Below, piece by piece: positions 29,267 through 37,867 of a stretch of DNA of 64,000 bases. The stretch is from an uncultured Gemmatimonadales bacterium. Lineage in GTDB: Bacteria; Gemmatimonadota; Gemmatimonadetes; Longimicrobiales; RSA9. Made by a program: the position numbers and the translations under genes. The notes beneath the pieces were generated by a model. That model saw only the letters and a list, made by a program, of their open reading frames with translations, searched no databases and had not been told where the DNA came from. The DNA is taken from NCBI GenBank assembly GCA_963708135.1, contig OY970192.1, positions 5,056,001 through 5,120,000 of the forward strand. Reading direction: 5' to 3'. Position 1 is the first letter of the stretch. The number at the start of each line of letters is the position of its first letter.

Positions 29267-31701
29267 GGCCCGAGGAGCTGCGCGAGAGGCAGGCGGCGTC
29301 CGCCGTCGCCGAAGGCGAGCTGCCGGAGCTCGTCGCGCGCGAGATGCGCGTCATCGGACGTCGCATGCGCAAGACCGACGGCGCGGGCAAGGTCACGGGG
29401 CGCGCGGTCTACACGGACGACCTCGTCCTGCCCGGCATGCTGCACGCGAAGATCCTGCGCTCGCCGCACCCGCACGCGCGCATCCTCTCGATCGACACGT
29501 CGGCGGCGGAGGCGCTGGAGGGCGTCCACGCCGTCGTGACCGGCCGCGACATGCCGGTCAAGTACTGCATCATCCCCTGGACGCGCGACGAGGAGCCGCT
29601 GGCCCTCGATCGCGTCCGCTACATCGGCGATGGCGTGGCGGCCGTCGCGGCCGTGGACGAGGACACCGCCATCCGCGCCCTCGACCTCATCAAGGTGGAG
29701 TACGAGCCGCTGCCTGCCTTCTTCGACCCCGAGGAGGCGCTCGGCCCGCCCGAGGGCGCGGTGCCGATCCACGAGCCGGGCCAGCCCGGGCGGAACGGCA
29801 ACATCACCAAGCACGTGCGCCTCGAGTTCGGCGACGTGGACGGCGAGCTCGCCGCGAGCGACGTGCGCGTGGACGGCGACTACTTCTTCGAGGGCAGCAC
29901 GCACACGCCGATCGAGCCGCACTGCGCCGTCGGCTGGTTCGACCCCACGGGCAAGCTCACCGTCTGGTCCTCGACCCAGGTGCCGCACTACCTGCAGCGC
30001 GAGCTGGCGCGCGTGCTCGACCTGGACGTGGCCCGCGTGCGCGTCGTGCAGCCCGCGGTCGGCGGCGCGTTCGGCGGCAAGTCGGAGCCGTTCGACCTCG
30101 AGTTCTGCGTGGCGGCGCTGTCCCGCAAGTGCGGCCGGCCGGTCAAGATCCTCTACACCCGCGAGGAGGTCTTCTACTCGCACCGCGGCCGCCACCCGAT
30201 GAAGTTCCGCTGCGCGCTCGGGGCCACGGCCGACGGCCGCATCCGCGCCGTGGACCACGACATCCTGCTGGACGGCGGCGCCTACGCCTCCTTCGGGCTC
30301 GTGACCACGTACTACTCCGGCCAGCTGCTCCCGGCGCCGTACGTCTTCCCGACCTACCGCTTCGATGCGACGCGCGTCTACACCAACAAGCCCGCGTGCG
30401 GCCCGAAGCGCGGCCACGGCAGCGTGCAGCCCCGCTTCGCCTTCGAGGTGCAGCTCGACAAGCTGGCGGAGAAGGTCGGCCTCGACCCGATCGAGCTGCG
30501 GCGCAGGAACTTCCTCGGCGCCCCCGCGCGCACCGTGAACGAGCTGCGCGTGCAGTCGAACGGCTTCCTCGAGTGCCTGGATGCCGTCGAGCGGTCCAGC
30601 GAGTGGAAGCGACGCTTCCGCCAGCTCCCCTACGGCCACGGCCTCGGCGTCGCCGGCTCGTGCTACATCTCGGGCACCAACTACCCGATCTACCCGAACG
30701 ACATGCCGCAGTCCGCCGTGCAGATCCAGGTCGAGCGCTCCGGCCGCGTCACCGTCTTCCACGGCGCGTCCGAGATCGGCCAGGGCTCCGACAGCGTCCC
30801 GGCCTACATCGTGGCCGAGGAGCTCGGCGTCCCCGTCAACTATGTCCGCGTCGTCTCCGCCGACACCGACCTCACGCCCGTGGACCTCGGCGCCTACTCC
30901 TCGCGCGAGACCTTCATGAACGGCAACGCCACCCTCGACGCCGCGCGCAAGCTGCGCAAGCTCGTCGTGGCCGCCGTGGCCGAGGCCCTCGAATGCGACG
31001 CCGCCACGATCACCCTCGCCGGCGGCTGGGCGCTCGACGCCGGCGACACCTCGCGGCGCATGCCCATCTCCGAGGCCTTCAACCTGGCCGAGGCGAAGTA
31101 CGGCAGCCTCGGCGCGACCGGCTCCTACAACACGCCCAAGGACGTCCACGGCAGCTACCGCGGCGGCACCATCGGCGCCTCCCCCGCGTACTCGTTCACC
31201 GCGCACGTGGCCGAGGTCGCCGTGGACCCCGAGACCGGATTCGTCGCCGTCCACAAGATCTGGATCGCGCACGACTGCGGGCGCGCGCTCAACCCCGTCC
31301 TCGTCGAGGGCCAGATCGAGGGCTCCGCCTACATGGGCTTCGGCGAGGCGCTCATGGAGCAGCAGATCTTCAAGTCAGGCGACGAGGGCCGCGCCGGCCT
31401 CCACGACGCCCCCTCGCTCCTCGACTATCGCATCCCCACTTCGCTCGACACCCCCGAGCTCGAGGCCATCATCATCGAGTCCCACGACCCCGAGGGCCCC
31501 TACGGCGCCAAGGAGGCCGGCGAGGGCCCGCTGCACCCGTCCATCCCGGCCATCGCCAACGCCATCTTCGACGCGACGGGCGCCCGGATCGACCGCATCC
31601 CGTTCGATCCGCCGCGCGTGTGGCGCGCGCTGCAGGACGGCGCCGCCCGCGAGGTGTGGGAGCGGCTGCACGGGGGCGCGAGGGAGGTCGCGGCGGACTG
31701 A
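29263..31701 (+). CDS. Molybdopterin-binding subunit, xanthine dehydrogenase family (4-hydroxybenzoyl-CoA reductase alpha-like)
   Basis: ATGA overlap; KVTGRAVYTDD, RSPHPHA, VGGAFGGK, EIGQGS, GQIEGS, GAKEAGEG. Confidence 0.9.
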   Translation: MRPEELRERQAASAVAEGELPELVAREMRVIGRRMRKTDGAGKVTGRAVYTDDLVLPGMLHAKILRSPHPHARILSIDTSAAEALEGVHAVVTGRDMPVKYCIIPWTRDEEPLALDRVRYIGDGVAAVAAVDEDTAIRALDLIKVEYEPLPAFFDPEEALGPPEGAVPIHEPGQPGRNGNITKHVRLEFGDVDGELAASDVRVDGDYFFEGSTHTPIEPHCAVGWFDPTGKLTVWSSTQVPHYLQRELARVLDLDVARVRVVQPAVGGAFGGKSEPFDLEFCVAALSRKCGRPVKILYTREEVFYSHRGRHPMKFRCALGATADGRIRAVDHDILLDGGAYASFGLVTTYYSGQLLPAPYVFPTYRFDATRVYTNKPACGPKRGHGSVQPRFAFEVQLDKLAEKVGLDPIELRRRNFLGAPARTVNELRVQSNGFLECLDAVERSSEWKRRFRQLPYGHGLGVAGSCYISGTNYPIYPNDMPQSAVQIQVERSGRVTVFHGASEIGQGSDSVPAYIVAEELGVPVNYVRVVSADTDLTPVDLGAYSSRETFMNGNATLDAARKLRKLVVAAVAEALECDAATITLAGGWALDAGDTSRRMPISEAFNLAEAKYGSLGATGSYNTPKDVHGSYRGGTIGASPAYSFTAHVAEVAVDPETGFVAVHKIWIAHDCGRALNPVLVEGQIEGSAYMGFGEALMEQQIFKSGDEGRAGLHDAPSLLDYRIPTSLDTPELEAIIIESHDPEGPYGAKEAGEGPLHPSIPAIANAIFDATGARIDRIPFDPPRVWRALQDGAAREVWERLHGGAREVAAD

Positions 31702-31743
31702 ATTTCGGGATGCGGGACGCGGGACGCGGGGTTCGGGGTTCGG

Positions 31744-31946
<203 letters not shown>

Positions 31947-31979
31947 GGCTGCGGCGTCCGGCTTCGCGGGTCCTGCGCG

Positions 31980-32260
31980 GAAGCTTCTGCAACAGGAAGC
32001 GGTGCAGCGCGAGCGCCGCGGCGGCGCCGCCGGTCAGCCCGACCAGCACTCCCGTCGCCGCGAGCCAGCCCCGCTCCCCACCACCTGCCGCACCACGGTC
32101 GCGGCGGGCGCGCCCAAGCCATGCGCACGCCGATCTCCCGCGCCCGCTGCGCGACCCGGAACGCCAGCACGCCGTAGACGCCGATGCCGGCCAGCACCAC
32201 GCCCATGGCGCCGAACAGGGCGAGCAGCGTGGTCAGCGTCCGCTGCGGTGCCAGAATCCG
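31980..32260 (-). pseudogene. Remnant of an FtsX/MacB-like (ADOP-type) ABC permease C-terminus, two frameshifts
   Basis: LLALFGAMGVVLAGIGVYGVLAFRVAQRAREIGVRMA / LGAPAATVVRQVV / WLAATGVLVGL in three different frames. Confidence 0.75.
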
Positions 32261-32480
32261 GCCGACGGCCGCCGCCCGGGACCCGGGACCCGGGGGTGCG
32301 GGCGCGGGCGCGGGACGCCGGGCGCGGCTCCGGCCGGCACGACGGCTCCCCTGGCTGCGGCGCGGGGCCTCTAGGCGGAAGTTCCGCCGGACGATAGGGG
32401 TGCAATCCTTTGGTGGGCAAGGGGTTGAGCCCCATTTCGCGCTGCAGGATGTAGTCACTAACGTGAAGCTATCAAGACCA

Positions 32481-32510
32481 TTGACATGGGTGCACCCCAA
32501 TCTGTAGCTT
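32481..32510 (+). promoter_or_regulatory. Putative IS promoter (same motif at 34507-34536 in copy 2)
   Basis: TTGACA, 18 bp spacer containing palindrome GGGTGCACCC, TAGCTT. Confidence 0.45.
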
Positions 32511-32552
32511 CATGTGTACTGTAGACGGTAACCATGCGCCCGGAGCTGCCCC

Positions 32553-34316
32553 TTGCCCGCTCGGTCCGGCCCCGTCCACGTGGCCACCTCCCGCCGCCAC
32601 TACAAGGGCAAGGTCTACGTCACTCACCTGCTGCGCCGCACGTACCGCGAAGGCGGCAAGGTCAAGAACGAGACCGTCGGCAACATCTCGCACCTGCCGC
32701 CCGCGGTGATCGAGCTCGTGCGGAGGGCGTTGCGGGGCGAGCGCTTCGTGCCCGCCGAGGAGGCGGGTGTGCGGGTTCTGCGGACCCTGCCGCACGGGCA
32801 TGTGGTGGCCGTGCTGGGAACGCTTCGGAAGCTGGGGCTCGAGCGGCTGCTCTCGAGCCGGCGCACGCCCGAGCGGGACCGGGTGGTGGGCATGATCGTC
32901 TCCCGGATCCTGGAGCCTTCCTCGAAGCTGGCCACCGCCCGCCGGCTGGCCCGGGCGACGGCCACCTCGACGCTCGGGGAGGTGCTCGAGCTGGGAGAGG
33001 TTACGGCGGACGATCTCTATCCGGCGCTGGACTGGCTGGGGCAGCGGCAGGGGCGGATCGAGCGCACACTGGCCGAGCGGCACTTGAAGGAGGGCACGCT
33101 GCTCCTCTACGACGTGACATCCACGTACTTCGAAGGGCGCAGCTGCCCGTTGGCCAAGCTCGGCCACAGCCGCGACGGGAAGAAAGACAAGCTGCAGATC
33201 GTGGTCGGGCTGTTGTGCGCCGGCGACGGCTGTCCGGTGGCCGTGGAGGTGTTCCCCGGCAACACGGCGGATCCGACCACGCTTGCCGCGGCGATCCACA
33301 AGGTGCGCGACCGCTTCGGACTGAGGCGGGTGGTGTTTGTGGCGGACCGGGGGCTCCTCACCGAGGCGCGCATCCGCGACGAACTGCGGCCGGTGGAGGG
33401 GCTGGATTGGATCAGTGCGCTGCGCGCTCCCGCCATTGCGAGCCTCGTCGAGGAAGAGGTGCTTCAGCTCTCGCTCTTCGACGAGCAAGACCTCTTTGAG
33501 ATCACCTCGGCAGACCACCCGGGAGAGCGGCTCATCGCCTGCAAGAATCCCTTCCTGGCCGAGGAGCGGGCGCGCAAGCGAGCCGAACTGCTCGCCTGTA
33601 CGGAGCGGGAGTTGGAGAAGATCCGCAAGGCCACCCTGCGCGAACGCCGACCGCTCCGTGGCAAAGACACCATCGGGATCCGGGTGGGCCGGGTGCTCGG
33701 CCGCTACAAGATGGGCAAGCACTTCTACTACGAGATCACCGACGAGAGTTTCACCTTTCGCCGCAACACCGAGCGCATCGAGGGCGAAGCGAGCCTCGAC
33801 GGCGTCTACGTGATCCGCACCAGCGTGCCCGCGGACATGCTGGGCAGCGAGGCAGCCGTCCAGGCCTACAAGGATCTCGCCCGGATCGAGCGCGCCTTCC
33901 GCAGTTTCAAAACCGTGGACCTCGAGGTGCGGCCGATTCACCACCGGCTCCCGGACCGGGTCCGCGCGCACGTCTTCCTCTGCATGCTGGCCTACTATGT
34001 CCTCTGGCACATGCAGGGCGCCCTCGCTCCGCTCCTCTTCCGCGACGGAGAGCCCGACGCCGGCCGCGCCCGCCGCCCCTCGGTCGTCGCGCGGGCGCAG
34101 CGCTCCCGGGGCGCCGAGGAGAAGGCGGCCACCAAGCGGACGCAGAACGGCGAGGTCGTCCACGACTTCCACACTCTCATGGCCGACCTCGCCACGCTCG
34201 CCAGGAACCGCTGCAGCCCACCCGGCCTCGCGGAGGCCACCTTCGATCTCGTCACTGAACCGACGCCCCTGCAGCGCCGAGCTTTCGAGCTCCTGGGGCT
34301 CTCCGGCCGGTTGTAG
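32553..34316 (+). CDS. IS1634-family DDE transposase
   Basis: LYDVTSTYFEG, GHSRDGK, VADRG, YKDLARIERAFRSFK, RVRAHVFLCMLAY. Confidence 0.92.
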   Translation: MPARSGPVHVATSRRHYKGKVYVTHLLRRTYREGGKVKNETVGNISHLPPAVIELVRRALRGERFVPAEEAGVRVLRTLPHGHVVAVLGTLRKLGLERLLSSRRTPERDRVVGMIVSRILEPSSKLATARRLARATATSTLGEVLELGEVTADDLYPALDWLGQRQGRIERTLAERHLKEGTLLLYDVTSTYFEGRSCPLAKLGHSRDGKKDKLQIVVGLLCAGDGCPVAVEVFPGNTADPTTLAAAIHKVRDRFGLRRVVFVADRGLLTEARIRDELRPVEGLDWISALRAPAIASLVEEEVLQLSLFDEQDLFEITSADHPGERLIACKNPFLAEERARKRAELLACTERELEKIRKATLRERRPLRGKDTIGIRVGRVLGRYKMGKHFYYEITDESFTFRRNTERIEGEASLDGVYVIRTSVPADMLGSEAAVQAYKDLARIERAFRSFKTVDLEVRPIHHRLPDRVRAHVFLCMLAYYVLWHMQGALAPLLFRDGEPDAGRARRPSVVARAQRSRGAEEKAATKRTQNGEVVHDFHTLMADLATLARNRCSPPGLAEATFDLVTEPTPLQRRAFELLGLSGRL

Positions 34317-34396
34317 ACAGAACCGAAGCACCCGCTGCCAGAGCTAACCGCATCGGCAGCAACAAGTTAATACCAATCTCGCGCTGGAACTTCGGT

Positions 34397-36426
34397 CTAG
34401 GCGGAAGTTCCGCCGGACGATAGGGGTGCAATCCTTTGGTGGGCAAGGGGTTGAGCCCCATTTCGCGCTGCAGGATGTAGTCACTAACGTGAAGCTATCA
34501 AGACCATTGACATGGGTGCACCCCAATCTGTAGCTTCATGTGTACTGTAGACGGTAACCATGCGCCCGGAGCTGCCCCTTGCCCGCTCGGTCCGGCCCCG
34601 TCCACGTGGCCACCTCCCGCCGCCACTACAAGGGCAAGGTCTACGTCACTCACCTGCTGCGCCGCACGTACCGCGAAGGCGGCAAGGTCAAGAACGAGAC
34701 CGTCGGCAACATCTCGCACCTGCCGCCCGCGGTGATCGAGCTCGTGCGGAGGGCGTTGCGGGGCGAGCGCTTCGTGCCCGCCGAGGAGGCGGGTGTGCGG
34801 GTTCTGCGGACCCTGCCGCACGGGCATGTGGTGGCCGTGCTGGGAACGCTTCGGAAGCTGGGGCTCGAGCGGCTGCTCTCGAGCCGGCGCACGCCCGAGC
34901 GGGACCGGGTGGTGGGCATGATCGTCTCCCGGATCCTGGAGCCTTCCTCGAAGCTGGCCACCGCCCGCCGGCTGGCCCGGGCGACGGCCACCTCGACGCT
35001 CGGGGAGGTGCTCGAGCTGGGAGAGGTTACGGCGGACGATCTCTATCCGGCGCTGGACTGGCTGGGGCAGCGGCAGGGGCGGATCGAGCGCACACTGGCC
35101 GAGCGGCACTTGAAGGAGGGCACGCTGCTCCTCTACGACGTGACATCCACGTACTTCGAAGGGCGCAGCTGCCCGTTGGCCAAGCTCGGCCACAGCCGCG
35201 ACGGGAAGAAAGACAAGCTGCAGATCGTGGTCGGGCTGTTGTGCGCCGGCGACGGCTGTCCGGTGGCCGTGGAGGTGTTCCCCGGCAACACGGCGGATCC
35301 GACCACGCTTGCCGCGGCGATCCACAAGGTGCGCGACCGCTTCGGACTGAGGCGGGTGGTGTTTGTGGCGGACCGGGGGCTCCTCACCGAGGCGCGCATC
35401 CGCGACGAACTGCGGCCGGTGGAGGGGCTGGATTGGATCAGTGCGCTGCGCGCTCCCGCCATTGCGAGCCTCGTCGAGGAAGAGGTGCTTCAGCTCTCGC
35501 TCTTCGACGAGCAAGACCTCTTTGAGATCACCTCGGCAGACCACCCGGGAGAGCGGCTCATCGCCTGCAAGAATCCCTTCCTGGCCGAGGAGCGGGCGCG
35601 CAAGCGAGCCGAACTGCTCGCCTGTACGGAGCGGGAGTTGGAGAAGATCCGCAAGGCCACCCTGCGCGAACGCCGACCGCTCCGTGGCAAAGACACCATC
35701 GGGATCCGGGTGGGCCGGGTGCTCGGCCGCTACAAGATGGGCAAGCACTTCTACTACGAGATCACCGACGAGAGTTTCACCTTTCGCCGCAACACCGAGC
35801 GCATCGAGGGCGAAGCGAGCCTCGACGGCGTCTACGTGATCCGCACCAGCGTGCCCGCGGACATGCTGGGCAGCGAGGCAGCCGTCCAGGCCTACAAGGA
35901 TCTCGCCCGGATCGAGCGCGCCTTCCGCAGTTTCAAAACCGTGGACCTCGAGGTGCGGCCGATTCACCACCGGCTCCCGGACCGGGTCCGCGCGCACGTC
36001 TTCCTCTGCATGCTGGCCTACTATGTCCTCTGGCACATGCAGGGCGCCCTCGCTCCGCTCCTCTTCCGCGACGGAGAGCCCGACGCCGGCCGCGCCCGCC
36101 GCCCCTCGGTCGTCGCGCGGGCGCAGCGCTCCCGGGGCGCCGAGGAGAAGGCGGCCACCAAGCGGACGCAGAACGGCGAGGTCGTCCACGACTTCCACAC
36201 TCTCATGGCCGACCTCGCCACGCTCGCCAGGAACCGCTGCAGCCCACCCGGCCTCGCGGAGGCCACCTTCGATCTCGTCACTGAACCGACGCCCCTGCAG
36301 CGCCGAGCTTTCGAGCTCCTGGGGCTCTCCGGCCGGTTGTAGACAGAACCGAAGCACCCGCTGCCAGAGCTAACCGCATCGGCAGCAACAAGTTAATACC
36401 AATCTCGCGCTGGAACTTCGGTCTAG
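34397..36426 (+). mobile_element. IS1634-family insertion sequence, copy 2 (tandem, shares CTAG with copy 1)
   Basis: 2026-bp period; all ORFs are identical to copy 1. Confidence 0.9.
34579..36342 (+). CDS. IS1634-family DDE transposase (identical copy)
   Basis: 587-aa translation identical to 32553..34316. Confidence 0.92.
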   Translation: MPARSGPVHVATSRRHYKGKVYVTHLLRRTYREGGKVKNETVGNISHLPPAVIELVRRALRGERFVPAEEAGVRVLRTLPHGHVVAVLGTLRKLGLERLLSSRRTPERDRVVGMIVSRILEPSSKLATARRLARATATSTLGEVLELGEVTADDLYPALDWLGQRQGRIERTLAERHLKEGTLLLYDVTSTYFEGRSCPLAKLGHSRDGKKDKLQIVVGLLCAGDGCPVAVEVFPGNTADPTTLAAAIHKVRDRFGLRRVVFVADRGLLTEARIRDELRPVEGLDWISALRAPAIASLVEEEVLQLSLFDEQDLFEITSADHPGERLIACKNPFLAEERARKRAELLACTERELEKIRKATLRERRPLRGKDTIGIRVGRVLGRYKMGKHFYYEITDESFTFRRNTERIEGEASLDGVYVIRTSVPADMLGSEAAVQAYKDLARIERAFRSFKTVDLEVRPIHHRLPDRVRAHVFLCMLAYYVLWHMQGALAPLLFRDGEPDAGRARRPSVVARAQRSRGAEEKAATKRTQNGEVVHDFHTLMADLATLARNRCSPPGLAEATFDLVTEPTPLQRRAFELLGLSGRL

Positions 36427-36681
36427 GCGTTCTGCCCGCCGCATGCGGCGCGCGGCGCGGACCATTCTGCACAATCCTGCCTGCTCTCGGGGCGCTCTCG
36501 CAGTTTGAGGCGTCCAGCGGACCAAACTCCGCTCGCGTTCCTGCGCACCGATGGCGCGAGGGGACTTTGGTCCGTATAGCGGCCTTTTCTGCGACGGCGT
36601 TTCCCGCCCGTCGACGATCTGGATGTTTGGTCCGCCCCCGCCTGCCGGCTGCCGCCGCGCCGCCGGGCGCGCGAGAGGAGG

Positions 36682-37003
36682 AAAGTCCCCACCCTTCGGC
36701 CGTGGAACCGACGCCTGGGGACTTGACCGCGAATAGCGCGGCAAAGTCCCCAACCCTTCGGCCGTGGAACCGACGCCTGGGGACTTGACCGCGAATAGCG
36801 CGGCAAAGTCCCCACCCTTCGGCCGTGGAACCGACGCCTGGGGACTTGACCGCGAAAAGCGCGGCAAAGTCCCCACCCTTCGGCCGTGGAACCGACGCCT
36901 GGGGACTTGACCGCGAATAGCGCGGCAAAGTCCCCAACCCTTCGGCCGTGGAACCGACGCCTGGGGACTTGACCGCGAATAGCGCGGCAAAGTCCCCACC
37001 CCT
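36682..37003. repeat. Tandem repeat, five 61-62 bp palindromic units plus a partial unit
   Basis: Units start at 36682, 36743, 36805, 36866, 36927, 36989; AAGTCCCC...GGGGACTT and CCGCG-AATAG-CGCGG hairpins; no variable spacers. Confidence 0.9.
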
Positions 37004-37291
37004 TCCCATGGACCTGCGGCCCGTGGGGAGTTGACAGCGTTCGCGACGTCGTACGGACGCGTCCGGTGCGCCTTTCGTCTCGGAACCCGATCGATAACGG
37101 GAGCTGGCCCGCGGCCGGCAGGTCCAGTTGCCGACTCTGCTCGCCTCCCCGGCCGGCGCGCGCGGACGCGGATCCTGCTGTCGAGCGGGCGCGTAAGCGG
37201 GTCGATATCTGCCACGCCGTCTTGCCCCCCCCTCCTCGCGGGTGTAGTATCCCCGTAGTGGCTGCACATCGAACTCAATGATCTCGGATGG

Positions 37292-37819
37292 ATGGACAAG
37301 GTGATGTCCAGCTTTCGAAGGCTCGCGTCCATTCCGCGTGAGGCTCGCCCGGTTTTCGGCGCGCTCGTCGCGGCCGCGCTGCTCTGCGCCGGCCCTCGTG
37401 CCGTCTCGGCGCAGCAGGCGGATTCCACGCTGAGGTCCGTGCTGGTGCGGGCTCACCTGGAGAACTGGCTGGTCCAGCTGCGAGGGCCGACGCTCTCGCC
37501 GGTGGCGGGCCGGATCCTCCAGCTGTCCGACACGGCGGCGCTCCTCGTCGGCGGCGCCAGCGCGCGGCTGGACGAGATCACGCGGGTCGAGCGCGGCGGT
37601 CGCGGCCATCGAGGGGCGGTGGTCGGGGCGATCGTGGCCGCCGTGGCGCTCGGAGCCCTCGCCTACGGCTTCTCGGGGCTTTCCGACTCGCTCACTCATA
37701 CGCAGCGCGTGGAGGGGGCGGCTGTGACCGCGCTCGGCGGCGCCTTCATGGGCTTCATACTCGGCGGCATGATCCATCCCGGCCCGGTCCACTGGAAGCC
37801 CGCCTGGCCTTCGCCGTGA
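37292..37819 (+). CDS. Hypothetical exported/membrane protein
   Basis: Signal-peptide-like segment ending VSA-QQ; two C-terminal Gly-rich hydrophobic helices. Confidence 0.6.
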   Translation: MDKVMSSFRRLASIPREARPVFGALVAAALLCAGPRAVSAQQADSTLRSVLVRAHLENWLVQLRGPTLSPVAGRILQLSDTAALLVGGASARLDEITRVERGGRGHRGAVVGAIVAAVALGALAYGFSGLSDSLTHTQRVEGAAVTALGGAFMGFILGGMIHPGPVHWKPAWPSP

Positions 37820-37867
37820 CCGATTCCGCCATGGCTCGACCCGCTGCGCGGTCGCGCCCCCGCGATG

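Larger units (their letters stand above)
32371..34400 (+). mobile_element. IS1634-family insertion sequence, copy 1
   Basis: Bounded by CTAG-GCGGAAGTTCC and GGAACTTCGGT-CTAG inverted ends; single DDE transposase. Confidence 0.9.

Noticed and set aside
32472..34331. 619-aa antisense ORF in each IS copy, and many other long overlapping Arg/Pro/Ala-rich ORFs in the track
   Set aside because: Shadow frames of GC-rich coding sequence with no motifs
36682..37003. Possible CRISPR array
   Set aside because: The 61-62 bp units are essentially identical along their whole length, with no unique spacers
36278..37792. Long minus-strand ORFs with repeated peptides
   Set aside because: Translations of the 61-62 bp DNA repeat and the IS end; unit length is not a multiple of three
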